From an uncultured Myxococcales bacterium (GTDB taxonomy: Bacteria; Myxococcota_A; Bradymonadia; REDH01), in assembly GCA_965367675.1 (NCBI GenBank), contig CBDUJZ010000005.1, forward strand, positions 5,027 to 69,026: 64,000 nt of DNA. The letters are read 5' to 3'. Positions 26,596-40,367 of this stretch are shown here, piece by piece. How positions within the stretch are numbered: position 1 is the stretch's first letter; every line of letters begins with the position of its first letter. A model generated the notes under the pieces. The model ran no database searches. It was not told the origin of the DNA and worked only from the letters and a program-made list of their open reading frames with translations. A program made the position numbers and the translations under genes.

Positions 26596-29352
26596 CTATC
26601 CGTGGGTCGCGAACGCCGCTTCCATGAGCACGCTGTGCTCCAGCTTGTGCGAAGCCGCCGAACCGGTCGCGGGGCTCGCGCTCTCGGCACGCGCCACGCA
26701 CTGCAGCGGGAGTCCGTCGCCGAAGATCGCCTGCAGACGGGCCTTGATGAAGTACCAGGCGCCCATGTTCCACGGCTCGTCCTGGACCCACACCAGCTCC
26801 GTGCCGGGACGGTACTGGCCGAGGATCGAGGTGAGCAGCGCGTCATCGAGCGGGTACAACTGCTCAAGGCGCACGATGTGTACGTCCCACGCTTCGCGCT
26901 CCTCCCGCGTTTGCTCGAGGTCGTAGTAGACACGACCCGAGCACAGCAGGATGCGACGCACGCCGTCGGGGCTGTGGCCGCCCACGTCCGGGATGATGGT
27001 CTGGAACTCACCGGAGGCGAGGTCGTCCACGACGCTGCGGGCGCGCTTGTGGCGCAGCAGGCTCTTGGGCGACATGACCACCAGGGGCTTGCGCCACGGG
27101 CTCAGGGCCTGACGCCGCATGAGGTGGAAGAACTGCGCCGGCGTGGTGACATCACACACCTGCATGCAGTCTTCTGCGCAGAGCTGCAGGAAGCGGCCGA
27201 GTCGCGCGTAGCTGTGCTCCGGCCCCATGCCCTCGAACCCGTGCGGCAGCAACAGCACGAGGCCCGTGAGGCGGCCCCACTTGTCTTCACCCGCGACGAT
27301 GAACTGGTCGATAATGACCTGCGCGCCGTTCGCGAAGTCGCCAAACTGCGCTTCCCACACGACCAGGCCGGCGGGCGCTTCGAGGCTGTATCCGTATTCG
27401 AAACCGAGCACCGCAGCTTCGCTGAGCGGGCTGTCGTAGGCCTCGAACTCACCCGGCGCAGTCGCGACCCGGTTGAGCGGCGACGCGCTCAAACCCGTGC
27501 TGCTATCGACCACGTAGGAGTGGCGGTGGCTGAACGTACCGCGACGGCAGTCCTGACCACTGAGGCGCACGCGACGGCCCTCATGGACCAACGACGCGTA
27601 GGCCAACATCTCCGCCGTACCCCAGTCGAAGCCTTCGCCAGACTGCACCGCCTTGGCGCGCTGCGCGTAGATGCGAACGACCTTCGGGTGTGTCTCCGGG
27701 GAGCCGCTGAGATCGCACACCGTGTTGGTGAGCGCCTGCAGCTTCTCGACGGGAACGCTGGTGTCCACGCGGTACTCCGACCGGTAGGCGCCACCGTGAT
27801 ACGAGTGCCACTCGGTCTCTTCGAGCTGCGGCAGCTCGTGGGTACCGTCGGTCTTGGACTCTGCGTGTGCGGCGCTGAGTTGCGCGCGCCGCTCGGTGAC
27901 CATCGCGTCGGCTTCGTCCTGCGAGATTAGGCCGTCGGCCACGAGCTTAGCAGCGTAGCTGTCGCGCACGCTGGAGTGGGCGTCGATCGCCTCGTACATC
28001 TTGGGCTGTGTGAACCGCGGCTCGTCGCCCTCGTTGTGGCCGAACTTTCGGTAGCCGACCAAGTCGATGCACACGTCGCGGCCGAACCGCTGGCGGTACT
28101 CCAACGCAAGGCGTGAGACCCAGATAACAGAGTCCATGTCCTCGGCGTTCACATGGAACACCGGGATACGCAGGAAGCGCACCACGTCGCTCGCGTAGCG
28201 CGAGGACCGCGACTCGCTCGGCGATGTGGTGAAGCCGACCTGGTTGTTGAGCACGATGTGGACCGAACCGCCGGTGCGGTAGCCCTCAAGCTCCGCCAAG
28301 TTCAGCGTCTCGATGACAACGCCCTGCCCGATAAAGGCGGCGTCGCCGTGAATCATGACCGGGAGGACGGACGACTCAGAGCCGGCGCCGCGGGCGTCCG
28401 TCCGCGCTCGTGCACGACCGACAACAACCGGGTTCACGAACTCGAGGTGACTCGGGTTGAAGCACAGCGAGATGCGTACCGAACCGCCGTCATCGCTCTT
28501 GCGATGGGCGTTGTGGCCCAGGTGGTACTTCACGTCACCGCGGCCGATCATGGCCTCGCTGTCCTCGTCATTGAACGCCACGAACACGTCGCGGTGGCTC
28601 TTCTCGAGGATGTTCACCAACACGTTCAGGCGGCCACGGTGAGCCATACCGACGATGATGTCCTGAATCCCGGCAGCGCCGGAATCCGCGATCATCGACT
28701 CCAGCATCGGGATCGCTGCCTCGAGTCCTTCGAGGGAGAAGCGCTTCACACCGATGTACGTGCTGTGGATGAAACGCTCGAGCTCCTGCGCGTTCGTCAG
28801 CCCTTGCAGGACGCGGCGTGCCGAGTCCTTGTCGAGCGCCGGACGCGCATGACGTGCCTCGACCTGCTCAAGCAGCCAGTTCCGCTCATCGCGGTCCTCC
28901 ACGTGCATGAGCTCGTAGCCGATGGTGCCGCAGTAGGTGCGACGCATCTGCTCGACGATCTGTCGCGCGGTCGCGAGCGGCATCGAGCCGATGTCGGTGG
29001 TGACCGGAACGTCCGCGTCACCCGCGGCGATACCGAACTCCTTCAGGTCGAAATCCTCGCCCGTCTCGTTGGACAGGCCGAGCGGATCGATCTTGGCGTA
29101 GTAGTGTCCGCGCGAACGGAACGCGGCGACCAGACGCGAGGTGCGCCATGCCAATTCCACGGTGGACGCCGAGCGGGCATCCGCATCGACCTCGACCTCC
29201 GCGCCGGCGGTCTGTGCCAGCTCCGCGCGATCGGCTGCGCTCATACTCTCGAAGAACTCCCTCCAGTCGGAATCGACCGATTCGGGGTTCGCGATGTATT
29301 TGCGCAGCTGGTCTTCTACCAGCGCTTGGTTGACTCCGAAGCTCAGACTCAT
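26596..29352 (-). CDS. sucA: 2-oxoglutarate dehydrogenase E1 component
   Basis: KRFSLEG, GMAHRGRLNVL, GDVKYHLG, HGDAAF, WEAQFGDFANGAQ, LLLPHGFEG. Confidence 0.97.
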   Translation of the reverse strand: MSLSFGVNQALVEDQLRKYIANPESVDSDWREFFESMSAADRAELAQTAGAEVEVDADARSASTVELAWRTSRLVAAFRSRGHYYAKIDPLGLSNETGEDFDLKEFGIAAGDADVPVTTDIGSMPLATARQIVEQMRRTYCGTIGYELMHVEDRDERNWLLEQVEARHARPALDKDSARRVLQGLTNAQELERFIHSTYIGVKRFSLEGLEAAIPMLESMIADSGAAGIQDIIVGMAHRGRLNVLVNILEKSHRDVFVAFNDEDSEAMIGRGDVKYHLGHNAHRKSDDGGSVRISLCFNPSHLEFVNPVVVGRARARTDARGAGSESSVLPVMIHGDAAFIGQGVVIETLNLAELEGYRTGGSVHIVLNNQVGFTTSPSESRSSRYASDVVRFLRIPVFHVNAEDMDSVIWVSRLALEYRQRFGRDVCIDLVGYRKFGHNEGDEPRFTQPKMYEAIDAHSSVRDSYAAKLVADGLISQDEADAMVTERRAQLSAAHAESKTDGTHELPQLEETEWHSYHGGAYRSEYRVDTSVPVEKLQALTNTVCDLSGSPETHPKVVRIYAQRAKAVQSGEGFDWGTAEMLAYASLVHEGRRVRLSGQDCRRGTFSHRHSYVVDSSTGLSASPLNRVATAPGEFEAYDSPLSEAAVLGFEYGYSLEAPAGLVVWEAQFGDFANGAQVIIDQFIVAGEDKWGRLTGLVLLLPHGFEGMGPEHSYARLGRFLQLCAEDCMQVCDVTTPAQFFHLMRRQALSPWRKPLVVMSPKSLLRHKRARSVVDDLASGEFQTIIPDVGGHSPDGVRRILLCSGRVYYDLEQTREEREAWDVHIVRLEQLYPLDDALLTSILGQYRPGTELVWVQDEPWNMGAWYFIKARLQAIFGDGLPLQCVARAESASPATGSAASHKLEHSVLMEAAFATHG

Positions 29353-29543
29353 CTGCTTATCATCCCTGGCCCGGCCATCGATCTACGGAAGTCGCAATGC
29401 TGTCGCGTCGAACAAACTCGACGACGTACAAAGTGGCTGATGATCATCCGTAGGAACCGATCCGGTTCGGAAAAAATTACGCCTCAAACAAGGCCGCGAT
29501 CGAGAGTAGTCGGCTACGACGTATCGTCAAGTAGCCCCTTCCC

Positions 29544-30629
29544 CTATGGGGATTTTTCGGCGCCGTTCTCCACTTCCTCCGCGACCGGGCTGCCGCTTCC
29601 CTCCGGCTGCATCGCGGCCCGCGGAATCGCGCGGGGTGTGGGACTCAACCCAGACGGCGCTGGCGTGGTGGACGGCGGCACACAGTGATCCGCGTGCACG
29701 ACGATATCTGCGACGACCGGCACATGATCCCCGCCGATCGGCCCGCCAAGCCTACGCGAGCGCACCTGCAGCCCCGGTTGAACCAGAATGTGGTCCAGGT
29801 CCAAGCCCAACGGACCCAGGATCGGCATCCACGACGCCTCGCGGCCGATGCCCCGACGCGAATCCGTGAGGGCGTTGTCCTCCAGGAAGCGATGGAAGGC
29901 GGGCGAGAACAGCGTCGCGTTCAAATCCCCCACCACCACGGATGGCGCCCCGGCGCTGAGGTGCTCGCCCACGTCTCGCAGTTGAGCGTCACGGCCGGCG
30001 CGCATGCTCGATGTCACCGGCGGAAACGTGTGCACCGCCGCGACCTCGACCGCGCACCCTTCTACGTTCAACGTCGCCACAATATAGGGCAACCCGGGCG
30101 ACCCAACCTCGTGCACCGCGTGCGTCATGATCGGCCACCGCGAGAACAACGCGATGCCGAACGTCCCCACGCGACCGTCCACGATACCGAAGGGGTACGC
30201 CGCCAAGGGAGACGCCCCCCCCACGTGGTCCGCCCAGAACGTCGAGACCTCGATCAGCGCCACCACGTCCGGCTGCTCACTCAGCAACCATGCGTCCAGC
30301 CGCTCGGTCTCCCGGTTGTCGGCCAACACGTTGATCGTGGCAATGCGGAACTCTGTGCCGGCGACGATCGGGCTATGCGGTGCCCACGCAAGGCGTGCTA
30401 CGGGCACTGCGACAAGCACCACCACCACGGCTGCGCCAGCGCTCCGAAAGCGGGAGCCGCCGAAGCCCAGCAGCGGTAGCGACGCCAGCGCGCCCACGCC
30501 GATCTGCCAGCGCAGGTTCACAGCGAGCTCCCCCAGCCACAGCTGGTCAGCGAGCATACCCAGCAGCCAACCAAGCAACGCCAGGCTGAAGATCGCGGAG
30601 CCCAATGCGGCAGCAGGCTTCTTCAGCAC
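29544..30629 (-). CDS. Membrane-anchored endonuclease/exonuclease/phosphatase (EEP) family protein
   Basis: N-terminal TMs; TINVL, DVVALIEV, GDLNAT, LDHIL, GDH motifs. Confidence 0.85.
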   Translation of the reverse strand: MLKKPAAALGSAIFSLALLGWLLGMLADQLWLGELAVNLRWQIGVGALASLPLLGFGGSRFRSAGAAVVVVLVAVPVARLAWAPHSPIVAGTEFRIATINVLADNRETERLDAWLLSEQPDVVALIEVSTFWADHVGGASPLAAYPFGIVDGRVGTFGIALFSRWPIMTHAVHEVGSPGLPYIVATLNVEGCAVEVAAVHTFPPVTSSMRAGRDAQLRDVGEHLSAGAPSVVVGDLNATLFSPAFHRFLEDNALTDSRRGIGREASWMPILGPLGLDLDHILVQPGLQVRSRRLGGPIGGDHVPVVADIVVHADHCVPPSTTPAPSGLSPTPRAIPRAAMQPEGSGSPVAEEVENGAEKSP

Positions 30630-30656
30630 GGGGCAGACTCAGCAACACGAAGGTCC

Positions 30657-30697
30657 AAAACGACGATAGGCCAGCGCCTAAGCGCCGGCCCGTCGTC
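30657..30697 (-). terminator. Rho-independent terminator of the ACIII-oxidase operon
   Basis: Minus strand GACGACGGGCCGGCGC-TTAG-GCGCTGGCCTATCGTC followed by GTTTT. Confidence 0.7.
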
Positions 30698-30732
30698 TTT
30701 AGATGCGACCGCCTCGGTCTGGGCGATCACGA

Positions 30733-31275
30733 TTAGTGCCCGCCAGCCGCAGGAGCGGGTGCAGCGGGTGCCGCCGGAGCAGCGGGAGCCGCCGGGGCAG
30801 CAGGAGCCGCCGCCTCGGGTTCCGCAGCGGGCGCTTCCTCAACCGGCGCCTCAGCCGCGAGCGCAGCCGCAGCCGCCTCGCGAAGCGCTTGGGCGCGGGT
30901 CGGACGAATGGCAGCCTCGGGGTGCTCCATCTCGTACACGCCGTTGCCCTCGACCGGGTCGACCATGGCGCGGGTGGCGACGTCCATGATGGTGAACGCG
31001 AAGAACACGCCCATGAAGAACAGCGAGCTCAGGAAGATAAGCAGGTTGAACCGCTCGTCGTACTTGAGGTGCATGAAGAAGGTGCAAACCAACGTCGCCT
31101 TGACGCTGGCCACGAGCATCGCGACCGGGAGGGCCGCGGCGCCGAGTCCCGCAAAGGAGACCGCGTACGTGAGCACGGTGAACACCAACAGCGCTCCGAA
31201 CACCGCGATATAAACGCGGAGCGGGGAGATATGGTGCCCAAGGCCATCGTAGTGGGGATCGGAAGTAGCAGACAT
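30733..31275 (-). CDS. ctaF: Cytochrome c oxidase subunit IV (caa3-type) with Ala/Pro-rich tail
   Basis: YIAVFGALLVFTVLT, VKATLVCTFFMHLKYD; start reassigned to MSATSD (GAGGA SD). Confidence 0.9.
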   Translation of the reverse strand: MSATSDPHYDGLGHHISPLRVYIAVFGALLVFTVLTYAVSFAGLGAAALPVAMLVASVKATLVCTFFMHLKYDERFNLLIFLSSLFFMGVFFAFTIMDVATRAMVDPVEGNGVYEMEHPEAAIRPTRAQALREAAAAALAAEAPVEEAPAAEPEAAAPAAPAAPAAPAAPAAPAPAAGGH

Positions 31276-31315
31276 AAGCGTCATCCTCGGTAGCCGGCGC
31301 CCGGAGGCGCGGCGC

Positions 31316-31996
31316 TTACTTGATGAGGTAGAGAAGCGGGAACAGGAAGATCCACACCAAGTCGACGAGGTGCCAGTACAGGCCCACGAGGTCGACGGGC
31401 GCGTAGTACGTGGGACCAAAGTCGCCACGGTTCGCGCGGATCACGAGCCAGATCATGACAGCGATACCTGCGACCACGTGGATACCGTGGAGGCCGGTCA
31501 GGCAGAAGTACAACGCGAAGAACGTCTGCGGCTCTCCGGGGATCACACCGCCTTCGAAGGCAAAGTACCGGCCGGGGAACAGTCCCATGTGGAACTTGTG
31601 CGAGTACTCGAAGTACTTCACGACCAGGAAGATGCAGGCGCACACGATCGTCACGACGAGGTATCGGACGATGTGGTCCTTCTTCCCGAGCTGCGCTGCG
31701 CGGACCGCGAGGGCCATCGTCAGCGAGCTAAACAGGAGCACCACCGTGTTGATGCCGCCCATCGTCTTATCGAGGAAGTACTCGGACGCGTAGAGCATCG
31801 TCTCCGGGTATTTGTACCGGAAGATGATGTAGAACATGAAGAGGCCGCTGAAAAACAGCAGCTCCTGCACCAGGAACAACCACATGCCTAGCTTGGCCGC
31901 GGAGGCCTGCTGAATCATGGTATGGAAATGGTGCTGGAAGAACGGAGAGTCAGTCCCGGGGGAGTCTCCGTGCTCAGCCTGTGCAGCGCTCGTCAT
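31316..31996 (-). CDS. ctaE: Cytochrome c oxidase subunit III
   Basis: GMWLFLVQELLFFSGLF, TGLHGIHV, GLYWHLVDLVWIFLFPLLY. Confidence 0.95.
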   Translation of the reverse strand: MTSAAQAEHGDSPGTDSPFFQHHFHTMIQQASAAKLGMWLFLVQELLFFSGLFMFYIIFRYKYPETMLYASEYFLDKTMGGINTVVLLFSSLTMALAVRAAQLGKKDHIVRYLVVTIVCACIFLVVKYFEYSHKFHMGLFPGRYFAFEGGVIPGEPQTFFALYFCLTGLHGIHVVAGIAVMIWLVIRANRGDFGPTYYAPVDLVGLYWHLVDLVWIFLFPLLYLIK

Positions 31997-32107
31997 CAGC
32001 TAAACTGGGTTGATCGCGTTCGAAAAGAAGAGAGTGCGGGCGCAGCGCCCGACTTCGAAAAGGTGCCCCGAAGGGCGCGAAACTCGTGGCCCCGAGGGGC
32101 CTGCAAA

Positions 32108-33757
<1,650 letters not shown>

Positions 33758-33808
33758 GTTAGGCTCCTTGGCTTCGAACAAACGAAGCTTTGGTGAGGTC
33801 GTTCAACG

Positions 33809-34771
33809 CTACTCTGAGAGCGACTGAATGTAGGCGATGAGGGCATTGACCTGGTCATCATCCAGTCGGCCCGCGAAGGTTGGCATCTGGTTCGTGAAGC
33901 CCTGCACAATCTGGCTGCCGGGATCCATGATTGATTGCCGAATGTAATTGTCGTCAGCGACCACGGAGTCGCCGCCCTCGAAGTTACGGGTAGAGCCGTA
34001 AGTTCCGAGCAGCGAAGGTCCGATGAGGGCGCTTCCATCGACGGAGTGGCAAGCGGTACAGCCGTTGCGGCTGAACGCCTTCTCACCACAGTCCGCGAGG
34101 GACTCGCCTTCTGCGCAGCCTTGGAGGCTCTGCAGGTAGGCGTCGTACTCCGCACGCGTCACGACGTCGACCGTGCCGATCATCGAGGAGTGCAGGTCTC
34201 CGCAGTACTCGGTGCAGAAGATGTGGAAGGACCCCAGTTCCGTCGCTTCGAACCACAGCGTGGTGTAGCGGTTGGGGAGCACGTCACGCTTGATGCGGAA
34301 CGCGGGGATGAAGAACGAGTGAAGCACGTCCACGGAGGACATCGTGAGCTTCACCGGCTCGTTGATCGGCACCACGAGGTGGTTGCCGTCCTGGCCGCCG
34401 TTTCCGTACGTCATCGTCCAGGACCATTTCTGGCCCGTGATACGGATGTCGATGGCGTCGGCGGGCGCGACCTGCTGATCGATCCAGGCGACAAAGCCCC
34501 AACCGAACATCACGAGCAGGAGGAGCGCGGGTACAACCGACCACACGATCTCGAGCTTGTGACTGCCGCGGATCGGGCTCGTGCGATCGTCGTCGCTACG
34601 CTTCCGATACTGCCACGAGAACCACGCCATCGCGCCCATCAGTCCTACGAAGAACAGAACTGACAGCCAGTAGATGAAGTAGAAGATGTTGTCGGTCGAC
34701 GCAGCGAACGTCGACGCCTGCTCCGGCATCCAGAAGCTGCCGGCACCGAGGAAGGTGTTTGCAAGGTGCAT
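33809..34771 (-). CDS. ctaC: Cytochrome c oxidase subunit II with fused cytochrome c (caa3)
   Basis: DVLHSFFIP, CTEYCGDLHSSM CuA site, CTACH heme motif; start at MHLANT after the SCO stop. Confidence 0.95.
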   Translation of the reverse strand: MHLANTFLGAGSFWMPEQASTFAASTDNIFYFIYWLSVLFFVGLMGAMAWFSWQYRKRSDDDRTSPIRGSHKLEIVWSVVPALLLLVMFGWGFVAWIDQQVAPADAIDIRITGQKWSWTMTYGNGGQDGNHLVVPINEPVKLTMSSVDVLHSFFIPAFRIKRDVLPNRYTTLWFEATELGSFHIFCTEYCGDLHSSMIGTVDVVTRAEYDAYLQSLQGCAEGESLADCGEKAFSRNGCTACHSVDGSALIGPSLLGTYGSTRNFEGGDSVVADDNYIRQSIMDPGSQIVQGFTNQMPTFAGRLDDDQVNALIAYIQSLSE

Positions 34772-34773
34772 GT

Positions 34774-35586
34774 TCAGACCATTTCCATTGCGGGCCGGGT
34801 TCGTTCCCGACGCCACATCACAGCAAGGAAGATTCCGATGACGATCACAGTGATGACTCCACCGAGCCGCATGATCGACACCGCATTCTGGACGTACGAA
34901 CCCGCGTCGGGGTCGTACACGAAGCAGCTCAAAATGAAGTGCTCTACCGTCGAGCCGACGCGCCCTTCGGACGCCTCCATGATCGCAAACTTGAGGTCGC
35001 GCGGGATGTAGATCAGACCGTACAGGTAGCGCGAGATCATTCCCTCAGGGGAAACGAACATCACCGCTGCCGGGTGGGCGAACTCGTCCTGCGACTCCAC
35101 GTATTGGTAACGGTAACCGAAGCCTTGAGCGACGGCCTCGATGTTCTCCGGCGTGCCGACCAAGAACGACCAGTCCGCGTCCATGCCCCGTCCGAGCTCC
35201 TCGAGGTACGACTGACGCTTGGCGGCAGCGAGCTCCCAGGTCTCGTCGGGATCAAAGCTGATGGTCACGATCCGGAAGTTTTCGCCGGGCGCCCACTCCA
35301 TCTCTGAGAGACCGTCGGTGAGCGCATTCAACTGCAGCCCACACAACATCGGACAGCCGAAGTAGTTGAGCGTGAACACGACCGGGATCTCGCCGTCGAC
35401 GTAGTCGGCCAGCGTGACCTGGTTCCCGTTGTGGTCCGTGAACTCCAGGGTCAGATCGACCTGCTCCGAGAGCCGCTCATCCACGCCCACGTCTTGGAGC
35501 TGCGCGGGCAGCTCCTCGGCGGCGTAGCTCGACGTGGACCACGCAGTGGTGAGCACGAGGAGCGTTATGGCGGCAATACGGAACAC
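34774..35586 (-). CDS. SCO family copper chaperone
   Basis: YFGCPMLC, FAHP, ISRYLYG; signal peptide from GTG 35586; C-terminal TM. Confidence 0.9.
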   Translation of the reverse strand: MFRIAAITLLVLTTAWSTSSYAAEELPAQLQDVGVDERLSEQVDLTLEFTDHNGNQVTLADYVDGEIPVVFTLNYFGCPMLCGLQLNALTDGLSEMEWAPGENFRIVTISFDPDETWELAAAKRQSYLEELGRGMDADWSFLVGTPENIEAVAQGFGYRYQYVESQDEFAHPAAVMFVSPEGMISRYLYGLIYIPRDLKFAIMEASEGRVGSTVEHFILSCFVYDPDAGSYVQNAVSIMRLGGVITVIVIGIFLAVMWRRERTRPAMEMV

Positions 35587-35620
35587 GGAGAGGGACCTCA
35601 ACGAAGCGAAAGGAATCGAA

Positions 35621-36490
35621 CTAGTGACCGGCGCCCGCGGCGGGCGCAGCGGCGGGAACGAACTCTTGGACCGCCGGAAGCTCACCGGCGCCCGTGGGGA
35701 CGGCGGGTACAGCAGCCGGTACGGCAGCGGGCACGGGCGTCGGGACGACCGGCGCGGCCGGCTGCGACGACTCACCCATGGGGTGCTGACGCAACAGCTC
35801 GGGGCTTCCAAGCAGCATGTTCATGCCCACGTCAACCGGCACGCGATAACCCGTGGGACCCTGCGGCTCCGAGTCCGTTGCGGGGTGCTCGACCGGCGCG
35901 TAGCCGGAGAGCGCTTCGCTCGAGGCAGCGTGGCTGGACGCGAGCAGCGGGTGCACGACGTTGGCCTTGGCCTCGTGCTCTGCGAGCGTCACGACTTTGA
36001 ACATGGAACCGAGCGCACCGCCGACGATGAGGAGCACGCCGACGAGTCCAACGAACGTAGCCATGAGCGTGAAGCTCGGGCCAGCGTCGGGCTCGATACC
36101 CATCTCGAGGAGCTCGTCGTCGGTCATCGCATCGCGATCGCTCGCGCGCGTGCCGTACTCGTCTTGGGGACGGCTGATGCCGAACAGGTGAGCGGCTGCG
36201 CCAGCGACGCTGTGCTCATCTTCTGCGCCGGGAAGCGCGTTAGCGAGCTTCTTCGGCTTGTCGCCCAAGGCGTCCGCGGCGGCGCCTTCTACGGCTCCAC
36301 CGACATCTTCCACGGTCGACGCGACGACTTCAGCGGCGCCTTCTACGGCGTCCTCGACGGCATCGCCGATCGCTTCCACGCCGTCTTCGACAGCGTCTAC
36401 GACCTTGTCCGCGACCTCGCCGAGCTTGCGCGCGGCACCAGCCAAGAGGCCGTCGGTCGGGGTGTCGTTGTTGTTGTTATCTTCCGTCAT
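35621..36490 (-). CDS. Single-TM hypothetical protein in the ACIII operon (ActG position)
   Basis: Between actF and SCO; acidic amphipathic repeats at the N-terminus, one TM, GYRVPVDVGMNML segment, Ala/Pro tail. Confidence 0.7.
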   Translation of the reverse strand: MTEDNNNNDTPTDGLLAGAARKLGEVADKVVDAVEDGVEAIGDAVEDAVEGAAEVVASTVEDVGGAVEGAAADALGDKPKKLANALPGAEDEHSVAGAAAHLFGISRPQDEYGTRASDRDAMTDDELLEMGIEPDAGPSFTLMATFVGLVGVLLIVGGALGSMFKVVTLAEHEAKANVVHPLLASSHAASSEALSGYAPVEHPATDSEPQGPTGYRVPVDVGMNMLLGSPELLRQHPMGESSQPAAPVVPTPVPAAVPAAVPAVPTGAGELPAVQEFVPAAAPAAGAGH

Positions 36491-36503
36491 TGGATCCTCG
36501 CTA

Positions 36504-37720
<1,217 letters not shown>

Positions 37721-37721
<1 letters not shown>

Positions 37722-38386
37722 TAGCGCCACCCTTGTGCCGACCGAACTTCGCGAGGAACCTCGCTCAGCGGCATCTCGTTGCTCACCTGAAGCGCGCGGA
37801 CATAGGCCGCGATCGCCCAGCGATCTTCCGTCCGAACCTGGGCTCGGTAGGAAGGCATCGTGTTGTAACCGTTGCTGATCACATCGTAGAGTTGGCCGAC
37901 CGTGTATCCACGCTGGCGATCGCCATGCAGGGACGGCACGAGCCAAGAATTCCCGATGGCCGCAGCGCGCTGAGGAACGACGCCGCCGTTCTCGAGCCCT
38001 GCGTCACCGTGACACGGCGTGCAGTAGATTTCGAAGCGGTCCTGGCCTCGCTCAAGCAGCTCCGCGGTGAGCGGAACCTGCGGCGGGAGTGCCTCGGCCC
38101 ATTGGGTCTCGGACATCATCCCATCGTCGAACCAGGCGTCTTGCCGGAGCTCGCCGACGGCGACGGTGCCTTCGATCTGGGGACGCATACCGCGACCGTC
38201 TTGGAAGAAGTCCGACGGCTCTTGAGCCTCGATACGCGTCACGTTGTCCATGTTCGGGTTCAGGTGAACCGGAGGATTGGGCGACGTGGTGCCTCGGCAG
38301 GCCGAGAGCATCGCGGTGGCCATCAGCGCGAACCCGAAGGCTCGAGCGGTGCGGCTCGCGGAACGGTTGTGTGTTCGATTCGACAT
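37721..38386 (-). CDS. actE: Alternative complex III monoheme cytochrome c lipoprotein ActE
   Basis: Lipobox LSA|C, PNMD, RGQDRFEIYCTPCHG, MPSY, DRWAIAAYVRALQ. Confidence 0.92.
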
Positions 38387-38388
38387 CG

Positions 38389-38945
38389 TCACTTGCCCTC
38401 GACGTACTCGACATGGGTCGCACCGATTCCCTTCAGGAAATCCATGGTGCCCTCGCCGGCGTATTTCGGGTCGGTCGACTCGATCGCGATGAAGAAGCGG
38501 TCGTCGGTGACCCGCTCGAATCGCGTCGAATTGAAGAGAGGGTGATTCAGCATCGGCAGCTTGTTGATGGCAAGCATGCCGAAGACCGTCGCGAAGGCGG
38601 AGAAGAGCACCGAGAGTTCGAAGATGATCGGCACGTATGCCGGCCAGGCCGCCAGGGGCTTACCGGAGATCACGAGCGGGTAGCCGCCGGTGTGAACCCA
38701 GTATTGCAGTGCGATGGCGGTGATCGTTCCGGTCAGTCCGACACAGATGACGATCCAGGGAAGGAACGAGGACTTGAGTCCCTGCGCCTTATCGAGGCCG
38801 TGCACCGGGAACGGCGTGTACGCGTCCCATTGCTTGTATCCAGCGTCGCGGACTTGCTCGCAGGCCGTGTAGATCGCTTGCGCGGTCTCGAACTCGGCGA
38901 GCACTGCCCAGTGAGGCGACGTGTTGGTTGTCTTAGCAGCAGCCA

Positions 38946-38946
<1 letters not shown>
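38389..38946 (-). CDS. actD: Alternative complex III subunit ActD (DUF3341)
   Basis: DAYTPFPVHGLD, GKP, PIIFELSVLFSA, DRFFIAI. Confidence 0.92.
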
Positions 38947-40364
<1,418 letters not shown>

Positions 40365-40367
40365 GGC

